A stretch of DNA of 64,000 nucleotides, from IMG/VR virus record IMGVR_UViG_3300043468_001158; one strand, given 5' to 3'. The stretch comes from a virus. Taxonomy: Duplodnaviria; Caudoviricetes. Both the position numbers and the translations under genes were made by a program. The notes below the pieces were generated by a model that was given only the letters and a program-made list of their open reading frames with translations, was not told the origin of the DNA and searched no databases. Shown one piece after another: positions 28,674-37,203 of this stretch (the stretch's first letter is position 1; each line of letters begins with the position of its first letter).

Positions 28674-29024
28674 ATGTTGATAGTCAATAAAAGTGCATTG
28701 CTGCTTACAGAAAATGCAATAAAGTTATTTGTAAAGATTGATCCTTATGATGCATTTGAGGATTGGTGTTATGATAGTGGCGGAATTTACCAATTACCGT
28801 CACATGGGTCTAATTTTGCAAATAAGTTTGGTGTGAATATAAACGATATTCATCGAATGCATCGGTTTGATATTGCATATCAATTGAAGCGGTTTAGTGA
28901 TTGGTTACTAAGATTTCAAGTTCCGTTTTTAGCATTGTTTGCAAAACAAATTTTGGTAGTTCAATCATTAGCAACTGAGTTCAAATATCGAAATGTAGAT
29001 TTGAACGAAGATTTAGAGTTATAG
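28674..29024 (+). CDS. hypothetical protein
   Basis: GAGGAGG RBS before ATG 28674 (track start 28641 overlaps the -10). Confidence 0.65.
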   Translation: MLIVNKSALLLTENAIKLFVKIDPYDAFEDWCYDSGGIYQLPSHGSNFANKFGVNINDIHRMHRFDIAYQLKRFSDWLLRFQVPFLALFAKQILVVQSLATEFKYRNVDLNEDLEL

Positions 29025-29065
29025 GAATTCACTGACATAATGTCAGTAAAGCATTGATTAGGAAA

Positions 29066-29097
29066 GGTATTGCGGACACGGGTTCAATTCCTGCCTC
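29066..29097 (+). other. degenerate T-arm / tmRNA acceptor-piece relic
   Basis: GGTATTGCG-GAC-ACGGG-TTCAATT-CCTGC-CTC resembles the copy at 29908-29942 but has no acceptor strand or CCA. Confidence 0.55.
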
Positions 29098-29102
29098 TTG
29101 AC

Positions 29103-29159
29103 TATTTTGTACCCAAATCTATAAATAGATTAAGTTCTATTTTTAGATGGTACAAAATA
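29103..29159 (+). promoter_or_regulatory. T4-type late promoter inside a hairpin abutting the endonuclease start
   Basis: TATAAATA 29120-29127 within the inverted repeat TATTTTGTACC (29103-29113) / GGTACAAAATA (29149-29159); ATG at 29161. Confidence 0.7.
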
Positions 29160-29160
29160 A

Positions 29161-29895
29161 ATGAGAAAGCCAAAGAAATATCATTACATATACAAAACAA
29201 CTAATATAATAAAAAATTATTTTTATATAGGGATGCATTCTACTAATAATTTAGAAGATGGATATTTAGGTAGTGGAAAAAGAATAAGATATTCCATAAA
29301 CAAATATGGAAAAGAAAATCACAAAATAGAAATATTAGAATTTCTTCCTTCTCGAGAAGAATTAATAATAAGAGAGAAAGAAATAGTAAATGAAGAATTG
29401 TTAGCCAATTCTCAATGTATTAATTTATGCATTGGGGGTGAAGGTGGAAATGGAACTAGAAATTGGACCGAAGAAACTTATAAAAAAGTAAATAAAACTT
29501 CTTGGGGGAATTTATACTTGAATGGATTTAATCCTGACAATTGGTCAAAATTATCTCCGGAAGAATATGAAGTTAGACGTCAAAAACACTCAAGTGCTGC
29601 ATCCGGAGAAAAAAATGGAATGTTTGGTACAAATGTATTCATTGACCAGAATTATAAAGGAAGTATTCCAAATAGTAACATTTTAAATTCATGGAAATTT
29701 AAAAATGGGTATCAACCTGAAGGTTGGATTTTATTGAGTGAATGGCGAAATAACAAAAAGAATAAAAAAAATCAAGCGTATGGAAAACATTGGTATAATG
29801 ACGGTACTAATAATTATTTTTTATTAGCTTCTGATGAAAAAACAAATTCATTGTTGAAGGGACGAATAGGAAAGCTTTTTAAGAATTCTGTTTGA
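29161..29895 (+). mobile_element. free-standing GIY-YIG (Seg-like) homing endonuclease
   Basis: HYIYKTTN...FYIGMHST...GYLGSG...E..N; visibly more AT-rich than the flanks and has five TTAA sites. Confidence 0.85.
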
Positions 29896-30175
29896 AGCCG
29901 ATATAACGGTATGTGAGACGCGGTGTGGTGACCGCCACCTCCACCAAAAGAATTTTATCAAAATTAGAATTCTTTTTAATGGGGGTGCTTAATCCTTTCG
30001 ATCATGTGCAAAAATATTAGGTTAGGAATCGACACGTGATAGTCGTAAAAAGACAAAAACAAGTATTTGTCAATGACGAAACTTATGCAGTTCGCGCAGT
30101 AGCGTAAGGACTGACGGGGTTTGATTTAGCCCGGCTTATCAACTAACATCCGGTATGGGGAGCTATATGTTCCCC
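29896..30175 (+). ncRNA. ssrA: circularly permuted (two-piece) tmRNA
   Basis: Acceptor piece GAC-GCGGT/ACCGC T-arm, CACCTCC-A-CCA ending at 29946; hairpin spacer; coding piece begins GGGGGTG at 29981 (7-bp stem with G3:U70); tag frame VNDETYAVRAVA* at 30069-30107; terminal hairpin 30157-30175. Confidence 0.85.
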
Positions 30176-30212
30176 TATCGTCATTTTAGAAATGAGAGGA
30201 GTATAATACTAT

Positions 30213-30464
30213 ATGAATCGATTTTTTAGTTTCTTTGAAAATAAAATGAGAACTAAAATTTACGATGATATCACTAACGATGATAATAATTGTTTTCCTG
30301 AACTTTGGTTTGAGGATTCAGATATTGATTTTGACCTTGAAACTGATGAAATTTTGAAACAGCTTTTAGTTACCAATCAACTTGCATCAGCTCATGACTT
30401 AGAGCACATTTTTACTGACGACTTCTGGGAAATTGTAAATGAAGATATACAATTCAATAAGTAA
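30213..30464 (+). CDS. acidic hypothetical protein
   Basis: GAGGAG RBS. Confidence 0.6.
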   Translation: MNRFFSFFENKMRTKIYDDITNDDNNCFPELWFEDSDIDFDLETDEILKQLLVTNQLASAHDLEHIFTDDFWEIVNEDIQFNK

Positions 30465-30481
30465 AGATCATTGCGAGAGAA

Positions 30482-30489
30482 TATAAATA
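30482..30489 (+). promoter_or_regulatory. T4-type late promoter
   Basis: TATAAATA 33 nt before ATG 30522. Confidence 0.6.
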
Positions 30490-30682
30490 GCTATAGACTC
30501 TAACTACTCTCTAGCTCTTTTATGTCAATATTCAGTTTCATTACCGATTTATTCAAATCACCGCCAAAACCAGTACCAACTAAAGTTCTCTGTTTGACAA
30601 ACAGAGAACACTTCCACATTATGACCAAGTTGGTCGTACTGTATCAACAGGACTCAAAAACTCTGCAGCTTTTGTTGTAAGC

Positions 30683-31618
30683 ATGCTCAATACTCATTGC
30701 AGTGAAATTGCAACGGCAAAACTTGCAGAAGTTGTTGATAACAATTGCATTGACCGTGAAGTCACTCTGTTCAAGCCGGACATTGTTATCATTGAAGCTC
30801 TTTGGGTTGTACCTGATAAGTTTGATGTCTTATGTCGAATACATCCAAAAGTCCAATGGATTATTCGTCTTCATTCAGATACACCATTTCTTGCAAACGA
30901 AGGTATAGCAATTGAATGGATTCGTCGTTATGCATTCCATCCAAAAGTTCGAATTGCTGCAAATAGCGAACGTATCTACGCTGAGCTTCAGCCTATCATC
31001 GGTAAGAACAATCTTGTCTTGCTTCCGAACTACTATCCGGTTCCTCTGACTATTCCACCTTTCAAAAAGCATTCTCCTAAAGGTGAAATCAACATTGGTT
31101 GCTTTGGAGCTATTAGACCAATGAAGAACCATCTTATTCAAGCTTTATCTGCAATTCGTTTTGCAGAAGAGAAAAAGCTAAAGTTGAACTTTCATATCAA
31201 TGGCAATAGGACTGAAGAACGAGGAGACCCAGTACTCAAGAACATTCGTTCATTGTTCTACAATAGCAAACATGAATTGATTGAGCATCCTTGGAAAGAC
31301 CATGAAGAGTTCCTAAAGAATGTAGAATTGATGGACATTAGCATGCAAGTAAGCTTGAGCGAGACATACAATATTGTAATCGCAGACTCAGTTGTTCATA
31401 ACATTCCAGTTGTCGTATCGCCTGAAATCAAGTGGGTCAATTCATTGTTCCAAGCTTCTGCTACAAGTAGTTATGACATTGTCAAAACACTTCATAGAGC
31501 TTGGTCTGGACGTAAGCTACGACTTCAACAACTGAACTTATGGGGTCTAAACGAATACAATGAATGGGCCAAATGGCAATGGAAGACAATGATACGAAGT
31601 TCCAAAACTGATAGGTAG
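30683..31618 (+). CDS. GT-B (GT4-like) glycosyltransferase; N-terminus probably in another frame from 30522
   Basis: INIGCFGAIRPMKN, QVSLSETYNIVIAD...IPVVVS; frame open back to 30584. Confidence 0.8.
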   Translation: MLNTHCSEIATAKLAEVVDNNCIDREVTLFKPDIVIIEALWVVPDKFDVLCRIHPKVQWIIRLHSDTPFLANEGIAIEWIRRYAFHPKVRIAANSERIYAELQPIIGKNNLVLLPNYYPVPLTIPPFKKHSPKGEINIGCFGAIRPMKNHLIQALSAIRFAEEKKLKLNFHINGNRTEERGDPVLKNIRSLFYNSKHELIEHPWKDHEEFLKNVELMDISMQVSLSETYNIVIADSVVHNIPVVVSPEIKWVNSLFQASATSSYDIVKTLHRAWSGRKLRLQQLNLWGLNEYNEWAKWQWKTMIRSSKTDR

Positions 31619-31642
31619 TTATCAATTTATCACATTGGACTA

Positions 31643-31670
31643 TTTACATTCTAGTCCAATGTGATAATAT
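31643..31670 (+). promoter_or_regulatory. sigma70-like promoter flanked by a 12-bp inverted repeat
   Basis: TTTACA-N16-TAATAT; CACATTGGACTA (31631-31642) / TAGTCCAATGTG (31652-31663). Confidence 0.5.
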
Positions 31671-31732
31671 AGACCCGTACCAAAAAGAAAGTAATCAATC
31701 AGATGAAAATTCCTAAAGTGGAGAATGATTAT

Positions 31733-34012
31733 ATGAAAACTCAAAATTCAAAGGTTCTTGCAGCCACAATTGCAATGTTAGTTTCCTCAACCAGTTTTGC
31801 GACTGAAGTTCCAAGAAGTTCAGTGCAACACATCGTTGATGGTAAAGTCGTCCAAACTTGGAAAGTTGCAGATGCTATCGGAGAAGCAGTAACTGCAGTC
31901 AACAAAACCACATCCTCAAAATCAGTTACAACTGAATATCTAAGTGGTCAAGATGCAATAGACCGCTTCAGCCCTGAACAGTTCAAAGCATTGGCTGATA
32001 GTCAAAACTTTGACGAAGAATTCCTGAAAGACCAAATGTTGAACGACGATGACCTGAAAGTCGATAGTGAAGGTCGTCTGTTGTATATGGACAAAGGTCC
32101 ATCAAAAGATGAACTTGCAGACCTTGCAAAAATTCCATTAATGCCAGCTATGGATGCTCCTACAGGCACTGACCTTTACAAACTGCATTCAAGACCTGGT
32201 GCTTCAAAAGTTCTTTATTTGGACTTCACTGGTCCATATATCCCAGCGGGTACTGCTTGGTTAGGTGGTATGCCAATTCAAGCTGTTCCTTATACTCAAA
32301 ACATTTATGCCATCTGGAAAGGTGTCATGGATGATTATGCTCCATTCGATGTTGATGTTACAACTGAACAACCTTCTGCTGAAGCAATGGAAAGAACTGA
32401 TTTCTACGACAAAAATTTTGGTTTCAAAGTTGTTATTTCTGGTTCAACTGATATGGGTATCTGCCGTGGCATGTGTGGTGGTGTTTCATACGTCAATGTG
32501 TTTGCTTCAGTCAATAACAAAAATGTCCAACCTTCATGGGTATTTTCTGAAATGTATCCGGTCAATAATAGAGAAAGATACATTGCAACAGTTATTTCTC
32601 ACGAATCCGGTCATTCATTAGGATTGATGCATAAAGGTATTGGACCTCATGAAGGTTTTCAAAAGACCGATGCGTACTATGATGGTCGTTATCACGAACC
32701 TTCAGTAATTCATGGTGCATTACGGACACATACCCCAATCATGGGTAGAGGTTACTATTCAGTCATTCCTCAATGGTCAGATGGTAGCTATAGTATGTGG
32801 TCCAATAACAAACAAGATGATTTGGCATACATTGCAGAATCAATTCCTCGTATCCCTGCAGATACTACCAATACTAAAGAAACTGCTTCACCATTTCAAA
32901 CTGCTAATGTAAGCAATGTCAATGGTGTTCGGACATACATCACAAAAACTGTAGGTCTAATCGAAGTAGCTGAAGATGTCGATTACTACACATTCGATGT
33001 TCAAAATGCGGCAAGTGATGTTGATTTCTTGATATCAAATTGCCAAGTTTGTGAAGCTACTGAAGTAATCAACATGGATTTTGGTAACTTGCATATCTTT
33101 GCAACCTTATACGATGAAGCTGGAAACGTAGTAAAAGAGTTCAAAGAAAAGTCGCCAAGTGTTAGAATCAATATGACTCTAAACCCAGGTAAATACTACA
33201 TTGCAATAACGTCAGGTTCTTATGCAAGAAAAATAAACCCAAATACTTACGACGAATATAGCTTCTTCGCAAATGGTGACCATGAAGGCTATACAAACCA
33301 TGGAAGCTTGGGTTACTATTCAATCACTGGTTACTACTCTTCAGGTCTGACTCCAACTGCTCCAAGTGCGATAATTGATGTAAACAAATCATCTGGAACT
33401 ACTCCTCTGACAGTAAACTTTAGCTCAGCAAGAACAGGTGGTGGTAATAGCACAATCACTTCTTATGACTGGGACTTCGGTAATGGTGAAACCTCAACAA
33501 TTGCAAATCCAACAACTACATTCACACAACACGGTGAGTACAATGTCTTCTTGACTGTCACAAACAAAGCTGGCTTTTCAAATACTACATTCATCCAAAT
33601 CAAAGTAACAACACCTCCTCCTCCAGTGTATTCAGGTGAATCCGTATCAGTAAAAGCAATCACTATCAATACTGCAAAAGCTGCTGGCTCAACTACTAAA
33701 GTAACTGCTTCAATCGCTCTGAAAAATAAATCCGGTAATCCAGAAATAACAACCTTAGTCACAGGAACATTCAGTGGTAACTTGACAACTGGTACAGGCA
33801 AAAAACTGAAAGTGGTATCAATCTTGAATAATACATTCAAAGCAAAACTGAACAAAAGAACACAAACATTAGACATAGCTTATCCAAAAGCACTGCCTAA
33901 AGGAGTGAAAGGAACACTGACCTTCAACATCTCAAGTATCACTCCAACATCAGATACAATCAAATATCAACCAGAGAAAAACATAACAACAAGTGCATTG
34001 AAAACCTTCTAA
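31733..34012 (+). CDS. secreted metzincin-type zinc metalloprotease with PPC-like and PKD domains
   Basis: Signal peptide (..VSSTSFA|TE), LHSRPGASKVLYLDFTG, HESGHSLGLMH, Met-turn PIMG, PKD SYDWDFGNG...GEYNVFLTVTN; start 31733 after GGAGA. Confidence 0.85.
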   Translation: MKTQNSKVLAATIAMLVSSTSFATEVPRSSVQHIVDGKVVQTWKVADAIGEAVTAVNKTTSSKSVTTEYLSGQDAIDRFSPEQFKALADSQNFDEEFLKDQMLNDDDLKVDSEGRLLYMDKGPSKDELADLAKIPLMPAMDAPTGTDLYKLHSRPGASKVLYLDFTGPYIPAGTAWLGGMPIQAVPYTQNIYAIWKGVMDDYAPFDVDVTTEQPSAEAMERTDFYDKNFGFKVVISGSTDMGICRGMCGGVSYVNVFASVNNKNVQPSWVFSEMYPVNNRERYIATVISHESGHSLGLMHKGIGPHEGFQKTDAYYDGRYHEPSVIHGALRTHTPIMGRGYYSVIPQWSDGSYSMWSNNKQDDLAYIAESIPRIPADTTNTKETASPFQTANVSNVNGVRTYITKTVGLIEVAEDVDYYTFDVQNAASDVDFLISNCQVCEATEVINMDFGNLHIFATLYDEAGNVVKEFKEKSPSVRINMTLNPGKYYIAITSGSYARKINPNTYDEYSFFANGDHEGYTNHGSLGYYSITGYYSSGLTPTAPSAIIDVNKSSGTTPLTVNFSSARTGGGNSTITSYDWDFGNGETSTIANPTTTFTQHGEYNVFLTVTNKAGFSNTTFIQIKVTTPPPPVYSGESVSVKAITINTAKAAGSTTKVTASIALKNKSGNPEITTLVTGTFSGNLTTGTGKKLKVVSILNNTFKAKLNKRTQTLDIAYPKALPKGVKGTLTFNISSITPTSDTIKYQPEKNITTSALKTF

Positions 34013-34031
34013 TCAAAAAGTGAAGTAAAAG

Positions 34032-34064
34032 AAAGGAGATGAATGTAAAGTTCATCTCCTTTTT
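34032..34064 (+). terminator. rho-independent terminator
   Basis: AAAGGAGATGAA / TTCATCTCCTTT stem followed by T run. Confidence 0.8.
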
Positions 34065-34123
34065 GCTATGTGATGAAATGACTAGAATATGAAGAGTAGA
34101 GAGGGAGAAACTGAATATAATAT

Positions 34124-34355
34124 ATACCCTTAGTCTGTCAGTTTTTCGGGTAATAAAATCAACTGCTTAGACATGAGCGAAATCAATTATATAGTCTGTC
34201 AGTTTTTCAAATGCTTTTCTTCAAAAACCTCATTTTTCTTCAAAAAGTACTGCCAGTTTAGTCATGAAAAAATAAGCATTTGAAAAATAGTATATAAATC
34301 AATAAGTTACGAATATAATGATAAATATTTTTAGTAATAAAATCAACTGCTTAGA
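34124..34355. repeat. intergenic repeat element, left copy, with three IHF-consensus sites
   Basis: 22-bp direct repeat 34150-34171 / 34334-34355; WATCAANNNNTTR at 34157, 34297, 34341; 23-mer at 34124-34146 has an inverted copy at 62937-62959. Confidence 0.75.
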
Positions 34356-34416
34356 AAAAGATAAACTTCTGGTTTTACGATTTCTGCTAAACCTTTAGTG
34401 ATATATTAGACAGACA

Positions 34417-34424
34417 TATAAATA
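34417..34424 (+). promoter_or_regulatory. T4-type late promoter
   Basis: TATAAATA upstream of 34494. Confidence 0.65.
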
Positions 34425-34493
34425 CATTAGAGCATAAGCAATTTATTCCAAACCTCTTTCCACATAACGAACATACACACGGAGAATACTAAA

Positions 34494-35117
34494 ATGGCAT
34501 TCGAACTACTAAACGAATTGCAAACATTGATGCAAGAAGACAAATCAAAAAAACAACAAGAGTTCTTATTAGTAGAACGAGTTGATAAGTTGTTAGGTCA
34601 TCTACATGCGATGTTAGCAAACAAAGAAAACCCTCTTGAAGACGTAGACGTTGAAGAACTTTCTACTCAATTGGCTGGATTACAACTTCTTGGCAAGAAA
34701 GACCATCGTGATGCAATGGATGATTTCTCTAAACTTGACCAAGCAGGTGTGTCTAAAAACTTCTACAAATTTCTTGACCAAATTGATGACCCACGTCAAA
34801 CTCCAGACTTCAACGACAAACGTTCAGCTGATGACTTGTTGAAATACATTGCTACAACTCACGCACCTTCTGTGGTCAGTGATTGGAAGAATGCTATTGA
34901 AGCGGCACAAAATGGAGATGTGAAATCATTGGCAAAAATCAAAGATGCGGTCAATAAGATGTATACTTTCTATCAAGCACAATTCAACAAGTTACATTCG
35001 CACTTCAAAGTTGGCGGTTCATTTGATGACTTAGTGCCAGGTGCCGTTCCAGGTGCTTCAACTACTGGACCAGTGCCAGGAACCGTTCCTATGGACGCAA
35101 TGAAACAAGCTGCGTAA
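34494..35117 (+). CDS. hypothetical late protein, paralog of 28113..28601
   Basis: GGAGA RBS; shared ERVD..L...QLAGL core. Confidence 0.75.
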   Translation: MAFELLNELQTLMQEDKSKKQQEFLLVERVDKLLGHLHAMLANKENPLEDVDVEELSTQLAGLQLLGKKDHRDAMDDFSKLDQAGVSKNFYKFLDQIDDPRQTPDFNDKRSADDLLKYIATTHAPSVVSDWKNAIEAAQNGDVKSLAKIKDAVNKMYTFYQAQFNKLHSHFKVGGSFDDLVPGAVPGASTTGPVPGTVPMDAMKQAA

Positions 35118-35133
35118 TAAACCTCTTCACTCC

Positions 35134-35173
35134 AATTTCAGAGACAGTTGACTTTTTATCTGTCTCTGAAATT
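35134..35173. terminator. 14-bp hairpin, probable terminator
   Basis: AATTTCAGAGACAG / CTGTCTCTGAAATT. Confidence 0.55.
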
Positions 35174-35178
35174 ATCCG

Positions 35179-35207
35179 TTTACATATGTCACATTCTGTG
35201 ATAGAAT
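35179..35207 (+). promoter_or_regulatory. sigma70-like promoter for the ncRNA-Ro60 unit
   Basis: TTTACA-N17-TAGAAT. Confidence 0.65.
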
Positions 35208-35223
35208 ATAATCTCAAACTTGA

Positions 35224-35526
35224 ACAGTACGTATAAAGATGCGGTCTTCTTTCACTACCGATTAGTGATGATTATCTTAACTGACGTAGTTTCAGTTCTT
35301 GATTGAACTGACGTTTGCTGGTGGATGAGGCTAATCAGATCGTTGTTAGACCGAATGCTAACTATGAGACAGGATGAATTCTCCTGTGTAGGACGTATAG
35401 CTCTGAATAGTTATACTAGATTGTTGAAAAGAATACTCTCAAACGGGTTTCATTAGTATTTCTTCAATTGAAATCTTCGTTACTAGAATTTTGTAGTAAA
35501 AGAAGACCTATCTTTATACGTACTGT
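35224..35526 (+). ncRNA. Y-RNA-like structured RNA upstream of Ro60
   Basis: 35224-35258 pairs with 35493-35526 (33 pairs, one C bulge at 35242, one C/A mismatch); internal hairpins 35292-35311 and 35369-35387; no long ORF. Confidence 0.7.
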
Positions 35527-35571
35527 GTCAAAACTTTTTGCTTTCTATTCTAAACAGGAGCCGTGATTCAT

Positions 35572-37203
35572 ATGTCAAATGCAACTAACCTCTACAAATC
35601 AGTAGTTCCAACTAAAGATTCTACTACTCCTCAAACTAAAGTAATTCCAGGTCGTGAAACCGAAATGGTTTCCAATCATGCTGGTGGTGTAGTCTTTGCA
35701 GTATCAGATATGATGTATCTTGACAGGTTCTTGATACTTGGTTCTGAACAACCAAGCTTCTATGCATCAGCTCAAAAGCTAACACAAGAAGCTGCGTCTA
35801 ATGTTATCAAGTTGATTGCTAAAGACCCAGTGTCAGTGGTCAATCGTGTGGTTGAAATCTCTAATGCTGGACGTGCTCCTAAAAACGACAGTGCTATCTT
35901 TGTATTGGCTCTTGTTGCAGTATCACCTAATAACGAAGCTCGTCAATTAGCTTTTGATGCACTTCCAAAAGTATGCAGAACTGGTACTCATTTGTTCCAA
36001 TTCGTTGACCTTATCAATTCAATGGGTAAATGGAATGCAGTGACTAAACGTGGTATTGCAAACTGGTATAACAGCAAAGATGTATCTCGTCTTGCATTTC
36101 AACTGTTGAAGTATCAACAACGTAATGGCTGGTCTCATCGTGATGTATTGCGATTGGCTCATGTAAAACCTGATAGCAACACTCGCTCTTCATTGTATCG
36201 TTGGGTAGCTGCAAAAGATAGCGAAGCAAAACGAATCGCTGCATATGAAGCTCCAAGAATTGTTGAGTTTCATTCAGCATTACATAAAGAGCCATCTAAA
36301 TCGTTGGCACTTGAATGTATCGAAGAGTTCGATATGACTTGGGAAATGTTGCCAACTGAACTTTTGAAAGATGTTGATATCTGGGCTGCTTTGATTCGTA
36401 ACATGGGTTATACTGCATTGCTTCGCAACTTGGGTCGCTTCTCTTCATTGGGAATGACTAAAGGTTTGTCTTCTACTTTGAAGGACATAGTAGCTGGTCT
36501 TAGCAATGTTGAAGCTTTGAAACGTGGAAGAGTTCATCCTATCACAATTTTGAATGCATTGAAAACTTATAGCCAAGGTCATGGTGACAAAGGCTCAATG
36601 AGCTGGGATGTTTCAACTCATGTGAAAGGTATATTGAACGATGTTTTCTATGAAGCATTCAACTTCATAGAACCAACTGGTAAAAACTTCTTCATTGGGG
36701 TTGATTGTTCTGGTTCAATGTTTGGAGCTAATGTTGTAGGATTACCAAACTTGACTGCTGCAGAAGTAGCAGGTGTGATGGCATTAGCAATCGCAAAACG
36801 TGAACCAAACTATTGGATTGGTGGCTTCAATACTAAGATGTCTGAACTGAAGATACATCCACAAATGCAATTGCCTGAAGTGCTGAAGGTCATCAGAAGC
36901 TTTTCATGGGGTGGTACAGATTGTGCATTGCCAATGATTCATGCAACTCAACATAAGATGGATGTCGATTGCTTTGTAACTATTACAGATAATGAAACTT
37001 GGGCTGGTCGTGTTCATCCAACTGAAGCACTTCGTGATTATCGTAAAGTGATGAACAAACCAAATGCTTGTAATATGGTACTTGGTACTTCAACTACTCG
37101 CTTTACTGTAGCTGACCCTAAAGACCCACGTCAATTGGACATCGTTGGATTCGATTCATCAGTACCTCAACTTGTATCGGAGTTTGCACAAGGCAACATA
37201 TGA
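35572..37203 (+). CDS. Ro60 / Rsr (TROVE plus vWA) RNA-binding protein
   Basis: NHAGG..F, LDRFLILGS, RTGTHLFQF, KYQQRNGWSHRDVLRLAH, ALLRNLGR, MIDAS DCSGSM, TDNETW; ATG 35572 after AGGAG. Confidence 0.95.
   Translation: MSNATNLYKSVVPTKDSTTPQTKVIPGRETEMVSNHAGGVVFAVSDMMYLDRFLILGSEQPSFYASAQKLTQEAASNVIKLIAKDPVSVVNRVVEISNAGRAPKNDSAIFVLALVAVSPNNEARQLAFDALPKVCRTGTHLFQFVDLINSMGKWNAVTKRGIANWYNSKDVSRLAFQLLKYQQRNGWSHRDVLRLAHVKPDSNTRSSLYRWVAAKDSEAKRIAAYEAPRIVEFHSALHKEPSKSLALECIEEFDMTWEMLPTELLKDVDIWAALIRNMGYTALLRNLGRFSSLGMTKGLSSTLKDIVAGLSNVEALKRGRVHPITILNALKTYSQGHGDKGSMSWDVSTHVKGILNDVFYEAFNFIEPTGKNFFIGVDCSGSMFGANVVGLPNLTAAEVAGVMALAIAKREPNYWIGGFNTKMSELKIHPQMQLPEVLKVIRSFSWGGTDCALPMIHATQHKMDVDCFVTITDNETWAGRVHPTEALRDYRKVMNKPNACNMVLGTSTTRFTVADPKDPRQLDIVGFDSSVPQLVSEFAQGNI

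Noticed and set aside
29031-29100. Genuine tRNA gene at the GGTTCAATTCC motif
   Set aside because: No acceptor stem, D-arm or anticodon arm can be drawn, and the T-stem has a mismatch; kept only as a relic.
29098-29895. Group I intron in the tmRNA T-loop carrying the endonuclease
   Set aside because: Only about 60 nt upstream and none downstream are available for a ribozyme core; no P7-like elements are visible; the flanks are duplicated rather than complementary exons, and joining them gives a mismatched T-stem.
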